This document shows, piece after piece, positions 36,792 through 46,951 of a stretch of DNA of 64,000 bases; position 1 is the stretch's first letter, and each line of letters opens with the position of its first letter. Position numbers and translations under genes: made by a program. Source of the stretch: Pseudomonadota bacterium (GTDB taxonomy: Bacteria; Desulfobacterota; Desulfobacteria; Desulfobacterales; JBDRRP01); contig JBDRRP010000115.1 of assembly GCA_043825735.1 (NCBI GenBank), positions 62,001 to 126,000 on the forward strand, given 5' to 3'. Below the pieces are notes generated by a model. It was given only the letters and a program-made list of their open reading frames with translations, was not told where the DNA came from and made no database searches.

Positions 36792-39700
36792 GCGGCCTCC
36801 TTTTTAAGGATTTCGGTATAGTGGTCAGCCACTTGGTTGAGGAGGGGCTCAAGTTCTTCCATCCGGCCCGCGGCCTCGATCTCTCCCGCGGCCTGGTCCA
36901 GGAGGGCATCGATCTGGCCCGAATCGCCGTCGTACTTACCGGCCAGGATGTCGTTGAGGGTGTTCACCGCCGCCAGGGAGGTGGTGGGCTCGGGCACGGG
37001 CTCGGGCTCTGGAGTGGGTTCGGACTTAGGTTCAAGCCCCCATTGTCGCCGCCACTCATTCTCGTCGTTTCCGGTTCTTTTGAACGCATATTCAAGGTCA
37101 GCCTGCATTTTCGGCCGGCTTTCATTGCTGATACCGCCAGTGCCGGGGCCAAATTCTTCGCCTGTCTCATCGATCCTGAGAACCCAATGCTTCCTCGGCG
37201 TTTCCTTCCTGATCGCTGTAAACTTGATGCCGCCAACTTCGAACGTATTCATAGATTCGTCAGGTTCTGGCGCCGGTGCCGGTTCGGCCTTGAGGTCGCT
37301 GTATTTCACCGTGAGTTGCTTCCCGTCTTTGACCACTACCGCCTGGTCATCGCCCACCGGCCCGCGGAAATTCACGGGCTCATCTTTGCCGGTTGCTTCC
37401 CAGTACAGGTAGACCGTATCCCCAGGGGAGAATTTCCCGTCAGGCTCATCGCCAGGCGCGGCAACCGGTTGGCGCATGTAGCTAAGGGCCTTTTCGTTGG
37501 CCTCGGCCGGGTCTGCGATGTCCTCCCACTGGGTGACGCGGCCGTCGGTGTCCATCTGTGTGACGCGCAGTTTCCCGTCATCTCCCATGGACGACACGCG
37601 GACCTTGATCCCGGCAGGCCCATCGTAGGTCTTGGCATTCTCCGGGTTGCTGGAGGCCGTCCAACCCTGGATCCAATCTTCTGGCAACTCGGACTCAGGA
37701 ATTTCCACCGGCCGCACAATGGCGGGCGCGGACTCGGCGGCGACAAAAGCATCGACTGCCTTCATCCTTTCCAGGACAATCCTGACTGTCGAAATGTGAT
37801 CGAACGTCGCGCCCGACGTATCCGGTTCTTTGCCGAATTCAAAATTGCGGGCAATCGTAGTCATCACGGTTTTCGAATTGTCGGCAGTGGGCGCAGTTGT
37901 GATTCCATAGCTCCGAGTCACTCCATTCCGGACAGAGTATTCTTTCTCGTAGGAAATCGAGTCGGCTTGCTCTTCGGTTATGGTCCACCCTTCGGGCAGC
38001 ATACTGGGCGCTATTTTTTCGAGGACCGTGGGTCCGGCGGCTGAATCGAATTTCCGGTCGATCAGGCTCTTGCTCAAGGTATTGGCCATTGACTTTTCAG
38101 CCCGGCCGATTTTGGTCCGCCGCATGTACTGGCCCGACTGGGCCACAAACCCGACGCTCGACAGAGTTAGCATGCCGGTCGTGGTGCTGGCGACAAAGGC
38201 CATATCGCCGTCGATGGTTTGGTCAACGTAGTGATCGAAGCGAATCAGCACGTCGTCCTGGTTCTTGTTGGTCTGGATCCAGAGTTCGTGCCCGTCACCC
38301 ATATCCAGTTTCTTCTGGAAGCCGACCTGCATGACTTCCGTGGCCAGGCCTTGCCCGTGGAGGATCTTGGCGGCGCGCTTGGCCGGGTTGCCGTCGGTCT
38401 GCTCGGCAGGGGGAAGGATGCCGACCTCGGCCTTTTCGGGCTCGGGTTCCTGGGTCGGTTCTGCCTCGCCTGCGTCCTTGGCAAGCGCATCCATGATCGC
38501 ACCATAGGTCTTGAGTTTTTCGAGGTGGTCACCGTAGCTCTGGATGATGTCGTCTTCGGAAAATTCGGTCAGGTTCATGTCGGGATAGGCCCGCCCCGCC
38601 CATGACCTGGCACGGGATAGGTATTCCTCCCTGGACAGATAAATCACAATCCAGCCGTCCAGGTCCCGGTTCTGTTCGACCATCCAGTCAGCCCGCTCTC
38701 CGTTCGGATCGACGGCCGCGTAGTAGATGCCGTGGCGGAAATCGCCTTGCCAATCCTTATGGCCGGCAAGCGGTCGGGGAGCATTGAAAACGATGTTCCC
38801 CGGGGGCAGATCGGGCCGCTCGCCGATGGCAACGATGGCCTCGAACGAGTCGATTTCCGAATCCCCGACTTTGTTGGGCGGCTCGGGCGCCGGCTCTGCC
38901 TTTTGCGCCAGTTCGACGGTGACATCATACGACTTCTTTGCGCCGAAAGTGGCCGCGGCCTTTTGCTGCGCCTCAAAGGATGTTTTGGCAAACACCTCTA
39001 TGCGTTTCCCTTTGTAAAATGCGATGTAGCCGTTCAGTCCCTCATTGGGATCGGCGTCGGGTTTCCGGTCGCGCTCGCTCCGTTCCTGCTTTTTGTTTCT
39101 GAGCGCCTCGATCTGGGCCTCAAGGTCGGCGTTTTCCTGCCGGACCTTTTCCAGCCTGGCCGAGACCAACCCGATTTCATCGGCCGCCAGCCCAGCGTCG
39201 TAGTTGGTCGTTTCGAGTTGAGTGGCCGCGGCCTGGTTCCGGCCCTCTGCGTCGGCAATCCCCTGCTCTACCGTCGCCAACTCCTCGCGCTGGGCCTTGA
39301 TGCCGGCCTGAGCCCGCTGGAAGGCCTCGGAGTTCTTGGCCACGATCTGCATGACCCTGGTGCCGATCTTATCCAGGCTCACGTCCTGGCCGCGCTCAGG
39401 GCTCACCGCGTGGGTGATGTCGCGCTTGTTGAGGAGCCACCGGAACGCGATGATGGTATCGTCGGGCAGGATCTTTCGGTCATCCCCGCTCGGAGAGTGA
39501 AACACGATACTGACCACTTGACCGTCTGACATAGGCAACTGCACCGTGACCGTGGCAAACAGGCCTGACTTTCGCGGCGGACCGATCACTGGATCGAGCG
39601 CCGTGATATTGTCTTTGGAGTGCCGGTTGAGCACGCGCACCAGGGCCTTCATTTTGGACTCGGCCTGGGCAAACCGCTGGACCCGGATCGCCTCCAAAAC

Positions 39701-39886
39701 CATTTCGACCGATCCCGGGTTGAAGTGGTCGTCCACCTCCTGAAAGGCAGCAGACTCTAACAGTAGTGCGCCCTGGTCGGACGATAAGCCATAATAGATG
39801 TCGTCCAACTCCCGATGGGTGAACGGCGCGGCAAAGGGGTCACTTCCGACAATGAGAATTTTCATACCTTCGGCCAGTGGGTTCAT
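36788..39886 (-). CDS. darA: DarA-like protein with an expanded central region
   Basis: SDGQVVSIVFHSP...FRWLLNKRDIT N-domain, coiled coil, LLNQVADHYTEIL C-terminus; follows hdf. Confidence 0.8.
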   Translation of the reverse strand: MNPLAEGMKILIVGSDPFAAPFTHRELDDIYYGLSSDQGALLLESAAFQEVDDHFNPGSVEMVLEAIRVQRFAQAESKMKALVRVLNRHSKDNITALDPVIGPPRKSGLFATVTVQLPMSDGQVVSIVFHSPSGDDRKILPDDTIIAFRWLLNKRDITHAVSPERGQDVSLDKIGTRVMQIVAKNSEAFQRAQAGIKAQREELATVEQGIADAEGRNQAAATQLETTNYDAGLAADEIGLVSARLEKVRQENADLEAQIEALRNKKQERSERDRKPDADPNEGLNGYIAFYKGKRIEVFAKTSFEAQQKAAATFGAKKSYDVTVELAQKAEPAPEPPNKVGDSEIDSFEAIVAIGERPDLPPGNIVFNAPRPLAGHKDWQGDFRHGIYYAAVDPNGERADWMVEQNRDLDGWIVIYLSREEYLSRARSWAGRAYPDMNLTEFSEDDIIQSYGDHLEKLKTYGAIMDALAKDAGEAEPTQEPEPEKAEVGILPPAEQTDGNPAKRAAKILHGQGLATEVMQVGFQKKLDMGDGHELWIQTNKNQDDVLIRFDHYVDQTIDGDMAFVASTTTGMLTLSSVGFVAQSGQYMRRTKIGRAEKSMANTLSKSLIDRKFDSAAGPTVLEKIAPSMLPEGWTITEEQADSISYEKEYSVRNGVTRSYGITTAPTADNSKTVMTTIARNFEFGKEPDTSGATFDHISTVRIVLERMKAVDAFVAAESAPAIVRPVEIPESELPEDWIQGWTASSNPENAKTYDGPAGIKVRVSSMGDDGKLRVTQMDTDGRVTQWEDIADPAEANEKALSYMRQPVAAPGDEPDGKFSPGDTVYLYWEATGKDEPVNFRGPVGDDQAVVVKDGKQLTVKYSDLKAEPAPAPEPDESMNTFEVGGIKFTAIRKETPRKHWVLRIDETGEEFGPGTGGISNESRPKMQADLEYAFKRTGNDENEWRRQWGLEPKSEPTPEPEPVPEPTTSLAAVNTLNDILAGKYDGDSGQIDALLDQAAGEIEAAGRMEELEPLLNQVADHYTEILKKEAA

Positions 39887-40488
39887 GCTGCCTCCAATAG
39901 CTCTTTAAGTTCAGCCCTCAGCGTCTCGCCGCGCTGGATTTCACGATCCAACTCGGCGCGCAGGGCCACCAGTTCGTTCTTTTTTGTATCGAGAGCGCCT
40001 TTGGCCGCGGCCAACTGCTCATCGAGTTCTTTGGCCGCTTCCTGAAGGCTTTCAAGGTCCGCTTTTTTGGCCTCCAACTGTTTTGCGACCGTGGTCGACA
40101 CGGCCGGTCCGGTATCTCCGGTCACCCGCTTCGCCCGCCTCGCCTTCTGTTTTTCGTAGGCGGAGGCGTTCCGGCGAAGATAGCCGGCCATCTCCTCGAT
40201 GGCTTTGGCCAGATTTCTCGGGTCCTCGACATCCTCGGAGTTTTTGACCGGCACCACCTTGCCGTTCAGCCGAACCTGATAGATGGACCCGTTGGCCTTG
40301 ATTTTGATTTCCAGCTTTTGGCCGGACTCCATATTGATCATAGCCGTCTTGATCGAGAATCCGTCCTCTCGCCGGGGCATGTTCGGCGCCTTCACGGTCG
40401 CCACTTTCATCCCGTGCTTTTTCTCGATCTCGTCGATGATCGGCTTGAGGCCGCGCTCGTTGAAATTGACGTAACTGATTTTCTGCAT
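39883..40488 (-). CDS. hdf: Hdf-like protein
   Basis: 201 aa; ESGQK...GSIYQVRLNGKVVP domain plus coiled coil; immediately upstream of darA. Confidence 0.72.
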   Translation of the reverse strand: MQKISYVNFNERGLKPIIDEIEKKHGMKVATVKAPNMPRREDGFSIKTAMINMESGQKLEIKIKANGSIYQVRLNGKVVPVKNSEDVEDPRNLAKAIEEMAGYLRRNASAYEKQKARRAKRVTGDTGPAVSTTVAKQLEAKKADLESLQEAAKELDEQLAAAKGALDTKKNELVALRAELDREIQRGETLRAELKELLEAA

Positions 40489-40498
40489 GGGTATTCTC

Positions 40499-41071
40499 CT
40501 ATTGGGCGGTGGGGGCGTCCGGCCAGGAAATCTCATCCACTATTTCGCTGAGTGTCGCTGGCAAGTCCCGAAGATCTTGGGCATACCTCGCCCACTGTGC
40601 AGCATCTGCGTCTGCTATTGTCGTATCGAGACCGAAGTCCTGTTGGTTTCGGTGTCTGTCCAATACATCCAGTGCCGCCCTCAACCGCCAGTCGCGTTCA
40701 GGGCGGATAATCTCCGCCAACCACACACTGAGGCTCACAACCCAGGTGCCGGACTCATCATCCCAGAGGCCGAACGCCGGCGGGGGTCGGTCGGTCCAGC
40801 CCGGATCCGGCTCGAAGCCGACAGCATCAACCATCACCTTTCTGCCGGTCTGTTTGGAGTAGTAGACGCCCCGCTTGTCGACAAGGGTAGACCAACTGCC
40901 TCCCGTCCAAACAGCGGCCTCGCCGATTCCGATCGACGGTGGCGGAACGATCGTGCATTGAGCTGGCATCAAATAGATGTCCCGCTTTTGCTTTTGCGAT
41001 TCAAGCGGATCAAGTCGCAAGGCTACCGTCCCGGCAAACACCCCATTTTGATCGTATCGATAGCCGATCAT
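40499..41071 (-). CDS. Tail fibre assembly chaperone
   Basis: C-terminal WARYAQDLRDLP...ISWPDAP; N-terminal MPAQCTIVPPP. Confidence 0.8.
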   Translation of the reverse strand: MIGYRYDQNGVFAGTVALRLDPLESQKQKRDIYLMPAQCTIVPPPSIGIGEAAVWTGGSWSTLVDKRGVYYSKQTGRKVMVDAVGFEPDPGWTDRPPPAFGLWDDESGTWVVSLSVWLAEIIRPERDWRLRAALDVLDRHRNQQDFGLDTTIADADAAQWARYAQDLRDLPATLSEIVDEISWPDAPTAQ

Positions 41072-41081
41072 CGCCCCCCCA

Positions 41082-42311
41082 TTAGTATTTGATAACCCAC
41101 ATAACAGCAGTATTTTTAGGTCGTGTTTCAGCGCCTGAGCCGGCCGCGCCGGTAGTGTCCGCGGACGCTCCCGCGCTAGTTACGCCGCTTCCGGTGCCCG
41201 CGCCATAACTTCCGGAAAATGGCATATGATAATAAAGATGCGTGTGCGACTGCATTTGATCGGCTTGCCTCGTTCCCACATGATCACCGCTTGTGCCATC
41301 TCCGCGGTCAACACGCGATGCAGCGTCGGGGTCAGTCCCCGACCCATGATTCCACCCGCGCAAAAACCGACCCCTCAAGTCTGGCAGGCCGAATGTCGTT
41401 GCGCCGTCACCGCCGCCGAATTTGGTCCCTATGACGGCGAACAGTGCTCCGTAGGTCGTTCTGCTTACGGAGGCCCCGTTGCATTCCAGCCAGCCAGCCG
41501 GGACGCTTTCGGTGTGTATCAGTGGCCGCAGGTCCCCTGCCGCAAAACCGCAAACCGCATCCACTTCTGCTTTGCGGGCGATCTCATCGGCCGCGACTGG
41601 TGCGGCGACTTTAGCGCGCCCGTTGGCGTCGCGCATGATGATCCGGTTTATAGTAGCGGCCGCCGTTGCCTCATGCGCGGCTGTTACGGAGGCATGAGTG
41701 TCAACCGTGTCTTTCCTCGCGATGTCCGCCGCTCCGGAGGGCGCTCCGATCTGCGCCCGGCCAGCGGCGTCACGCATGATGAGCCGATCTGGAGTCGGCG
41801 AACTGGTGGCGCCATGAACGTCCGTTTCGGCCGCATGGTCGCCCAGGTCTTGCAGCGTAGCCGTGACGATGCTCGAACCGACCTCAACGGTCAGACTGGT
41901 GGCGTTGCCAATGCCGATAGCAAAGTTGTAGATGTGCTCATAAGCAGGGACAGCGGTGTTGGCAGGAATCGGACTCGGATCGGCATCCGTGGCCGCGGCG
42001 AACAGAATCTCACCATCATCGGGGTCCTCTGCGAAAATACCGATCTCCGTGGCGTCGAACCCAGTGGCGATCAGGTCATCGAACAGCATGATGGTTGTCA
42101 GTCTGGCGGTGCCCCCTCCGGTTGCAACTACGGTCTGGACTCCGAGAGAAATTTCCTCATCGACTAATCCCGTCATTTCCGGGTCAAAGACCCCGCCAGC
42201 CCAGGCCCCGGATCCTATCGCAACACGGTTGAACTGCAACTCACCGCCGGCGACCACCTTGCCTAACAGGTTCGCGCCTGCGTCGGTCAATGACAGGCTG
42301 GAAAATGACAT
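41082..42311 (-). CDS. Tail fibre protein with collar domain
   Basis: LTDAG...EIGIFA baseplate-attachment N-terminus; two ~39-aa repeats; PAGWLECNG...FGLPDLRGRFLRG...ETRPKN collar. Confidence 0.9.
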   Translation of the reverse strand: MSFSSLSLTDAGANLLGKVVAGGELQFNRVAIGSGAWAGGVFDPEMTGLVDEEISLGVQTVVATGGGTARLTTIMLFDDLIATGFDATEIGIFAEDPDDGEILFAAATDADPSPIPANTAVPAYEHIYNFAIGIGNATSLTVEVGSSIVTATLQDLGDHAAETDVHGATSSPTPDRLIMRDAAGRAQIGAPSGAADIARKDTVDTHASVTAAHEATAAATINRIIMRDANGRAKVAAPVAADEIARKAEVDAVCGFAAGDLRPLIHTESVPAGWLECNGASVSRTTYGALFAVIGTKFGGGDGATTFGLPDLRGRFLRGWNHGSGTDPDAASRVDRGDGTSGDHVGTRQADQMQSHTHLYYHMPFSGSYGAGTGSGVTSAGASADTTGAAGSGAETRPKNTAVMWVIKY

Positions 42312-42323
42312 GCCCGCTCTCCT

Positions 42324-42968
42324 CTATTCTATCGTCGTCACTACGCCCTCAACGACATATCCACCGGAGTATAGCGACATCGGGATCAAAAGCTCAGTCA
42401 ACCCGGTCCCGGCGTAGACGATATGGGTGGGGAGCAATCGCTCCAGTTCTTCGCCCAGGGCGGCCAAAAAATCCGTAAACGAAAGCCGCTGCTGATTGAG
42501 TGTGTGCGATGCCAGGACAATCTTGCCCCTGGATGTCAGGAAAAAATCATCCTGATCCAATACCTCGAAATCGATCTCGGCTTGCCGCTTGAAATTGGTC
42601 CCATACTCATCGGTTTTGTGGTGGAAAAGTGGCACCCACCCGATATCAAGGCCCAAAAACTTGCGCCTTAGCGCCATCTGCACCAGGTTTTCGGTCTCTT
42701 TTCCCTGGAGCTCAAGGCGGCGCCACAGGATCTGCACCGGTCTATCCTTGTCCGCCCCGATGTCGGTCCGGAAATAGTCCCCAAGTTCGCCCATGATCGT
42801 AACGAGGTCAGGCGCCGCGGCAGTAAAAACCGATCTCAAGTCGGTGATCTTCTGGGCCTCTGGGTCGAAGTTTTCCTCCCAATACTGCTGGAGAGCCTCG
42901 GCCAATTCGGACCACCGGGCAACTGCCCGCTTTGCTGGCGTGAGCCTTTTTTTTAGCCAGTCGATCAT
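42324..42968 (-). CDS. Baseplate wedge protein (P1 gp16-like)
   Basis: Lies between the J-like gene and the fibre; LLPTHI motif. Confidence 0.65.
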   Translation of the reverse strand: MIDWLKKRLTPAKRAVARWSELAEALQQYWEENFDPEAQKITDLRSVFTAAAPDLVTIMGELGDYFRTDIGADKDRPVQILWRRLELQGKETENLVQMALRRKFLGLDIGWVPLFHHKTDEYGTNFKRQAEIDFEVLDQDDFFLTSRGKIVLASHTLNQQRLSFTDFLAALGEELERLLPTHIVYAGTGLTELLIPMSLYSGGYVVEGVVTTIE

Positions 42969-44812
42969 AGGTGTGTTATCGAGATAGTCGACCCTTCGAT
43001 TGCCACGTCGGGAGCGCTGGTGTACCCGGACCCGCCCGCAGTTACGGTTATTTCTGTGATAGCGCCTGCCGCGATGGTTGCCCCAGCCGTAGCTCCGGTC
43101 CCGCCTCCGCCCGAAATTGTCACCGCCGGCGCCCCGAAATAATTAGACCCACCCGCGGTCACAGTTATTGCGGTGATGGCCCCGCCGACAATGGTTGCCG
43201 TTGCCGTGGCCCCGGCACCGTCTCCACTAATCTCAACGTCGGGGGCACTGGTGTACCCGGACCCGCCTGATGTCACTGAAATTTCTGTCACCGCCCCCGC
43301 CGCAACGGTGGCCGTGGCTGTTGCACCTGATCCGCCCCCGCCGGTTAAGGCGACGGTCGCCGCTGAATATCCAGACCCACCAGCGTCCACGGCCACCGCT
43401 GACACCGCGCTTCCAGCGTTTGTGGCAGTTGCCGCGGCCCCGGACCCGAGGTTAATCGCCACCATTTCCTCTAAGAGGGTTGCGGTCATATCGCCGGCGG
43501 CCGTGACCGTAAAGTATTCCAGGGGCCCGGAGAAATACCCGGTGGCCTCGATCAGTGCGTAGATATCGTGGATGTAAACCGCATCGCGCCTTGACGCCGA
43601 ATCCGGGCCATAGTTGGCGGTCAGAACCGCCTCGATGGCGGCGGCGACATCGGTCAGGACCCGCCCCTTGCCGACCTTTCCGGTGACGGTCAGGGTGAAC
43701 TCTACCAGGTCCGGGTCCACCCACTCGAACCGGCGGTTGAGTTTTTGGACCGAGGCGTTGAGGGCGGCCAGAACGTCGACCGAGATATCGGCCCCGCCGG
43801 CCTCGTAGGCAGACACGAAAATGGTGTTGATGAAGGCGAGGTCGGGTGCGCCGGCCTGCGCCTCGGCCTCCTTTTCGCCCCATACCCGGATCCAGACAAT
43901 GTTCGGAAACAACCGGCGGAGAAAATAGATATAGTCATCATCCCATACCAGTTGGCCGTTGTAGAGCGGCCAGTACTGGAGGTTTCTCCGGATTGATTCG
44001 CCGTCTTCCATCGGGGTCCCGCCGGTGATCGGCACGGCCGTCGTGACGGCCAGGTTCACCGGGTCTCCGGAAACGTCCAACACCTCCCCGACGACGGTTA
44101 GGGGTTGCCCTGCAGCAAGATATGTGTCCCCATCGGTCAGCCACAACTCGACTTCGATAATGCTGCCCTGTTGCGGGATAGCCCCGAAGATGCCGTTCCC
44201 GAACCGGATCCCGGCCTGGTCGGTGTGAGCATAAAACTCGTCGTAAACCTCCGAATCTGAGTCGGCGTTTTGGAACTTCGCGGCAAGCGCCCACCCTACC
44301 CCATCGACCGATACCGCGATCGAACTGATCTGCCCCGAAAGCCCGGCGTCAAAAAGGATCTCGAAAAACGGCCTTGCCTCTGTGACCTCTACCGTTACGA
44401 CCTCTTTTCGAAGCTGCTGGAACTGAATCGTCACAATCCCGGCCGGGTCCAGTTCAATGGCCGCTGCGGACACGTAATCGACCTGGCCATCGGACTGGAA
44501 CGCCTGGCCGCTGGCGATGGCCACCGCTGCAGCGCCGTTATTGGTCACCGTGCACGTCCCTGTTGAGGGGGTGGCCCGAATCGGGACGTAGTTTTCATCC
44601 TCAACATGCGCCAGGATGCTTGACCTGGCCGACGCCGTGGACCGAAAAAACTCCTGGAAGGCCCGCTCGACCACCCAAAGGGCCTGCCGAAGCGCCCATG
44701 AGGCAAAGATGGCCAAGTGCTCGACAAACTGACTCTCCGCAATCTGACCCCAGGCGCCCTTGGTGCCGAGAATCTCTTTAAACTTCGCGACCGCAGTTGC
44801 CTTGTCGATCAT
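42965..44812 (-). CDS. Baseplate J-like wedge (BplA-like) with Gly-rich C-terminal repeats
   Basis: STASARSSIL, IRFGNGIFGAIP, GGTPMEDGESIR. Confidence 0.85.
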   Translation of the reverse strand: MIDKATAVAKFKEILGTKGAWGQIAESQFVEHLAIFASWALRQALWVVERAFQEFFRSTASARSSILAHVEDENYVPIRATPSTGTCTVTNNGAAAVAIASGQAFQSDGQVDYVSAAAIELDPAGIVTIQFQQLRKEVVTVEVTEARPFFEILFDAGLSGQISSIAVSVDGVGWALAAKFQNADSDSEVYDEFYAHTDQAGIRFGNGIFGAIPQQGSIIEVELWLTDGDTYLAAGQPLTVVGEVLDVSGDPVNLAVTTAVPITGGTPMEDGESIRRNLQYWPLYNGQLVWDDDYIYFLRRLFPNIVWIRVWGEKEAEAQAGAPDLAFINTIFVSAYEAGGADISVDVLAALNASVQKLNRRFEWVDPDLVEFTLTVTGKVGKGRVLTDVAAAIEAVLTANYGPDSASRRDAVYIHDIYALIEATGYFSGPLEYFTVTAAGDMTATLLEEMVAINLGSGAAATATNAGSAVSAVAVDAGGSGYSAATVALTGGGGSGATATATVAAGAVTEISVTSGGSGYTSAPDVEISGDGAGATATATIVGGAITAITVTAGGSNYFGAPAVTISGGGGTGATAGATIAAGAITEITVTAGGSGYTSAPDVAIEGSTISITHL

Positions 44813-45159
44813 AGGGCGACCCTTTTATCGAGAAACCCGGTCCCGTGGGTGATGGAGACTACCATCATGTCTATCTCGGAGAACTCGACCGATACGGACC
44901 GGATGTCGATCCCGACCACGTCGGCCGATAGTTTCTCAAAAATCATCATTTCGGCCATGACCCGGAGGCTGTCGCTATTTGGCTCATGTTTGAACGCATG
45001 CAGCGGGTGCCCCCACTCGGGCCTGTCCGCTACCGAGCCTTCAGGCGTGTCCAGCCATTCCAGGATCCGCTGCTCCATCGCGTCGGTATCCTCATAGATC
45101 CGGACCACTTCGTGTGGCGACCGGCCGAGGAGATAATCAAGCTCGATGATTTGGGCCAT
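44809..45159 (-). CDS. gp25/W-like baseplate protein (PmgA-like)
   Basis: LDTPEGSVADRPEWG motif. Confidence 0.8.
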   Translation of the reverse strand: MAQIIELDYLLGRSPHEVVRIYEDTDAMEQRILEWLDTPEGSVADRPEWGHPLHAFKHEPNSDSLRVMAEMMIFEKLSADVVGIDIRSVSVEFSEIDMMVVSITHGTGFLDKRVAL

Positions 45160-45160
45160 G

Positions 45161-46831
45161 TCAGATCCTGTCCACCGACATTAGGGTGAGGAGTGTGTCG
45201 TCAAACTCTACCGGGACATGGTACCCGTTACCCCGCCTATCGGCCCGCCCTGGGGCTTTACGCTCCGCCACCCGTCGCTCTGGCGCTTGCGCGCGCTGGG
45301 GGGGCGGTTCCGGTCTCGGCACCTCCCGCACCTTTTCGAGTCGACTGACAGGCCCTGGTTCGGTGCCGGGAGTGACGATAACTTCCGTTGCGATCTTATC
45401 CTGTTTGGGGTCAGATTGTAAAGATCCCTTTATTTCTTTATCGATCGGCGCTGATATATCTCTGGCCATGAGTGCGGCGTCTATGGCCGTCGAAACCGCC
45501 GTCCCAATCCCCGGGACAATGCTCGCCAGGCCCGAGCCCATCTCCCCGGCCGCGCCGAGGTAGTCGCCATCCATGGCCCGGTTCGCGGCAAACGCTCCGC
45601 CGGCGAGCAGTCCGAGTCCTGGAACTTTCTTGAGGATGGATCCCCCGGCCTTTCCAAGAAGTTTTCCTGCCCCCTTCACGACGCCGGCCCCGCCCAGTTT
45701 CCCGAGCGCCCTGCCGGCACCTTTCGAAACCGCCTTCACCGCGCCGCCGCCGGCACCCATCGCGCTCTTTGCCGCACCTTTGAGGCCGCCGCGCCCCTTG
45801 AACAGGTTCCGGACGCCTGAAATGCCATCCAGGATGCCGCCTTCCGCCTGCTGAAGGTGTATCCCGTCCACTTCTTTTACGAGTTTCCGGTGGCGCCGGG
45901 CCTCCCTGGCGTCTGTATTCTCGATCGCCTCTTCTACCCTGGTTACAGCCTCGACCATTTCGGTGCCGCGGTCAGCCGGTGGCTTGCCCTGTTTTTCTCT
46001 TTCCGCTTTTGGGATAAACCGCCCATGTTCGTCGCGGGTTCCGGACCGGACCCCCTCCTCGGCCGTGCCCTTGCCCTTCCACCTTTTTTTCACAAATGCG
46101 AAAGCGGCCTGCACCATCCGGTTATCGCCGGTCATATCGACGGCTTCTGTGATCTCCCTGATCGCGGACCACACCGGACCGCCGGCGGCCATACCGGCCG
46201 CATCGCTGGCGTTTGCTCCGGACCGGCCCGCGATAAAATCCCTTGCTGCCGCGATACCCTTGCCGGCCCCGCCGATGGCCTTGACCAGTAGACTATCGCG
46301 CTTGGTTTCGACCCGCTTTTCCCGGCTCTCTTTCTGTATTTGCGCCGCTGCCGACCCGGGTTCCTTCGCCGTAGGTTCCTGAGATTGTCTCGGTACCCCC
46401 GACCGCTGCGCGGGCTTTGCGGCCTTCAGGGTCGGGGCTTGTTTCGGTACCGGGGTAGTTGCCTCGACGGCAGGGCGGGAGGGGATCCTTACCGCATCGG
46501 CCTGCGGGACCGCTCGATTGACAAACCGTCCCATTTTGTCACGGGTTGGGGCCGGCCTGGCTTCCCGCTGGCCTTCCGGGAGACTTGCCTGCCGTTTTTT
46601 CGGCGCCGGCCCGGGCTCATAGGACTGGATATGGTTTGCTTGAAGGGCTGGGGGGGCCTGAAGAGCGGTGAGCGGACGGGATCGGGTCGTGGACGCCGGG
46701 CCTTTCGCTCCAACCGCACCGAACCCAAGCGGCAACCCGCGAAGGGAGTCGGCAATGGACCGGAACACCTGCTCGATGGCGGGCAGTGCCGCCGTATTCC
46801 GCTCTATTCTCTGGAGGATCGTCTCGCTCAT
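45161..46831 (-). CDS. Tape-measure-position protein (Sit-like)
   Basis: A/G/K-rich helical repeats; synteny with P1 sit. Confidence 0.6.
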   Translation of the reverse strand: MSETILQRIERNTAALPAIEQVFRSIADSLRGLPLGFGAVGAKGPASTTRSRPLTALQAPPALQANHIQSYEPGPAPKKRQASLPEGQREARPAPTRDKMGRFVNRAVPQADAVRIPSRPAVEATTPVPKQAPTLKAAKPAQRSGVPRQSQEPTAKEPGSAAAQIQKESREKRVETKRDSLLVKAIGGAGKGIAAARDFIAGRSGANASDAAGMAAGGPVWSAIREITEAVDMTGDNRMVQAAFAFVKKRWKGKGTAEEGVRSGTRDEHGRFIPKAEREKQGKPPADRGTEMVEAVTRVEEAIENTDAREARRHRKLVKEVDGIHLQQAEGGILDGISGVRNLFKGRGGLKGAAKSAMGAGGGAVKAVSKGAGRALGKLGGAGVVKGAGKLLGKAGGSILKKVPGLGLLAGGAFAANRAMDGDYLGAAGEMGSGLASIVPGIGTAVSTAIDAALMARDISAPIDKEIKGSLQSDPKQDKIATEVIVTPGTEPGPVSRLEKVREVPRPEPPPQRAQAPERRVAERKAPGRADRRGNGYHVPVEFDDTLLTLMSVDRI

Positions 46832-46951
46832 CGCCGTTTTATCCGATCGTGGACCGCCACAACGATGCTTTTAGGGCTTCGCAGGATGCTATCCATCTGC
46901 TGGCTGAAATGAACGACCAGGTTGCCTATTATGGCCAACCAGCTTTTCCGG

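Noticed and set aside
40499..42311. P1-type invertible tail fibre segment or DGR
   Set aside because: Single fibre and chaperone; no invertase, flanking inverted repeats, reverse transcriptase or TR/VR pair seen.
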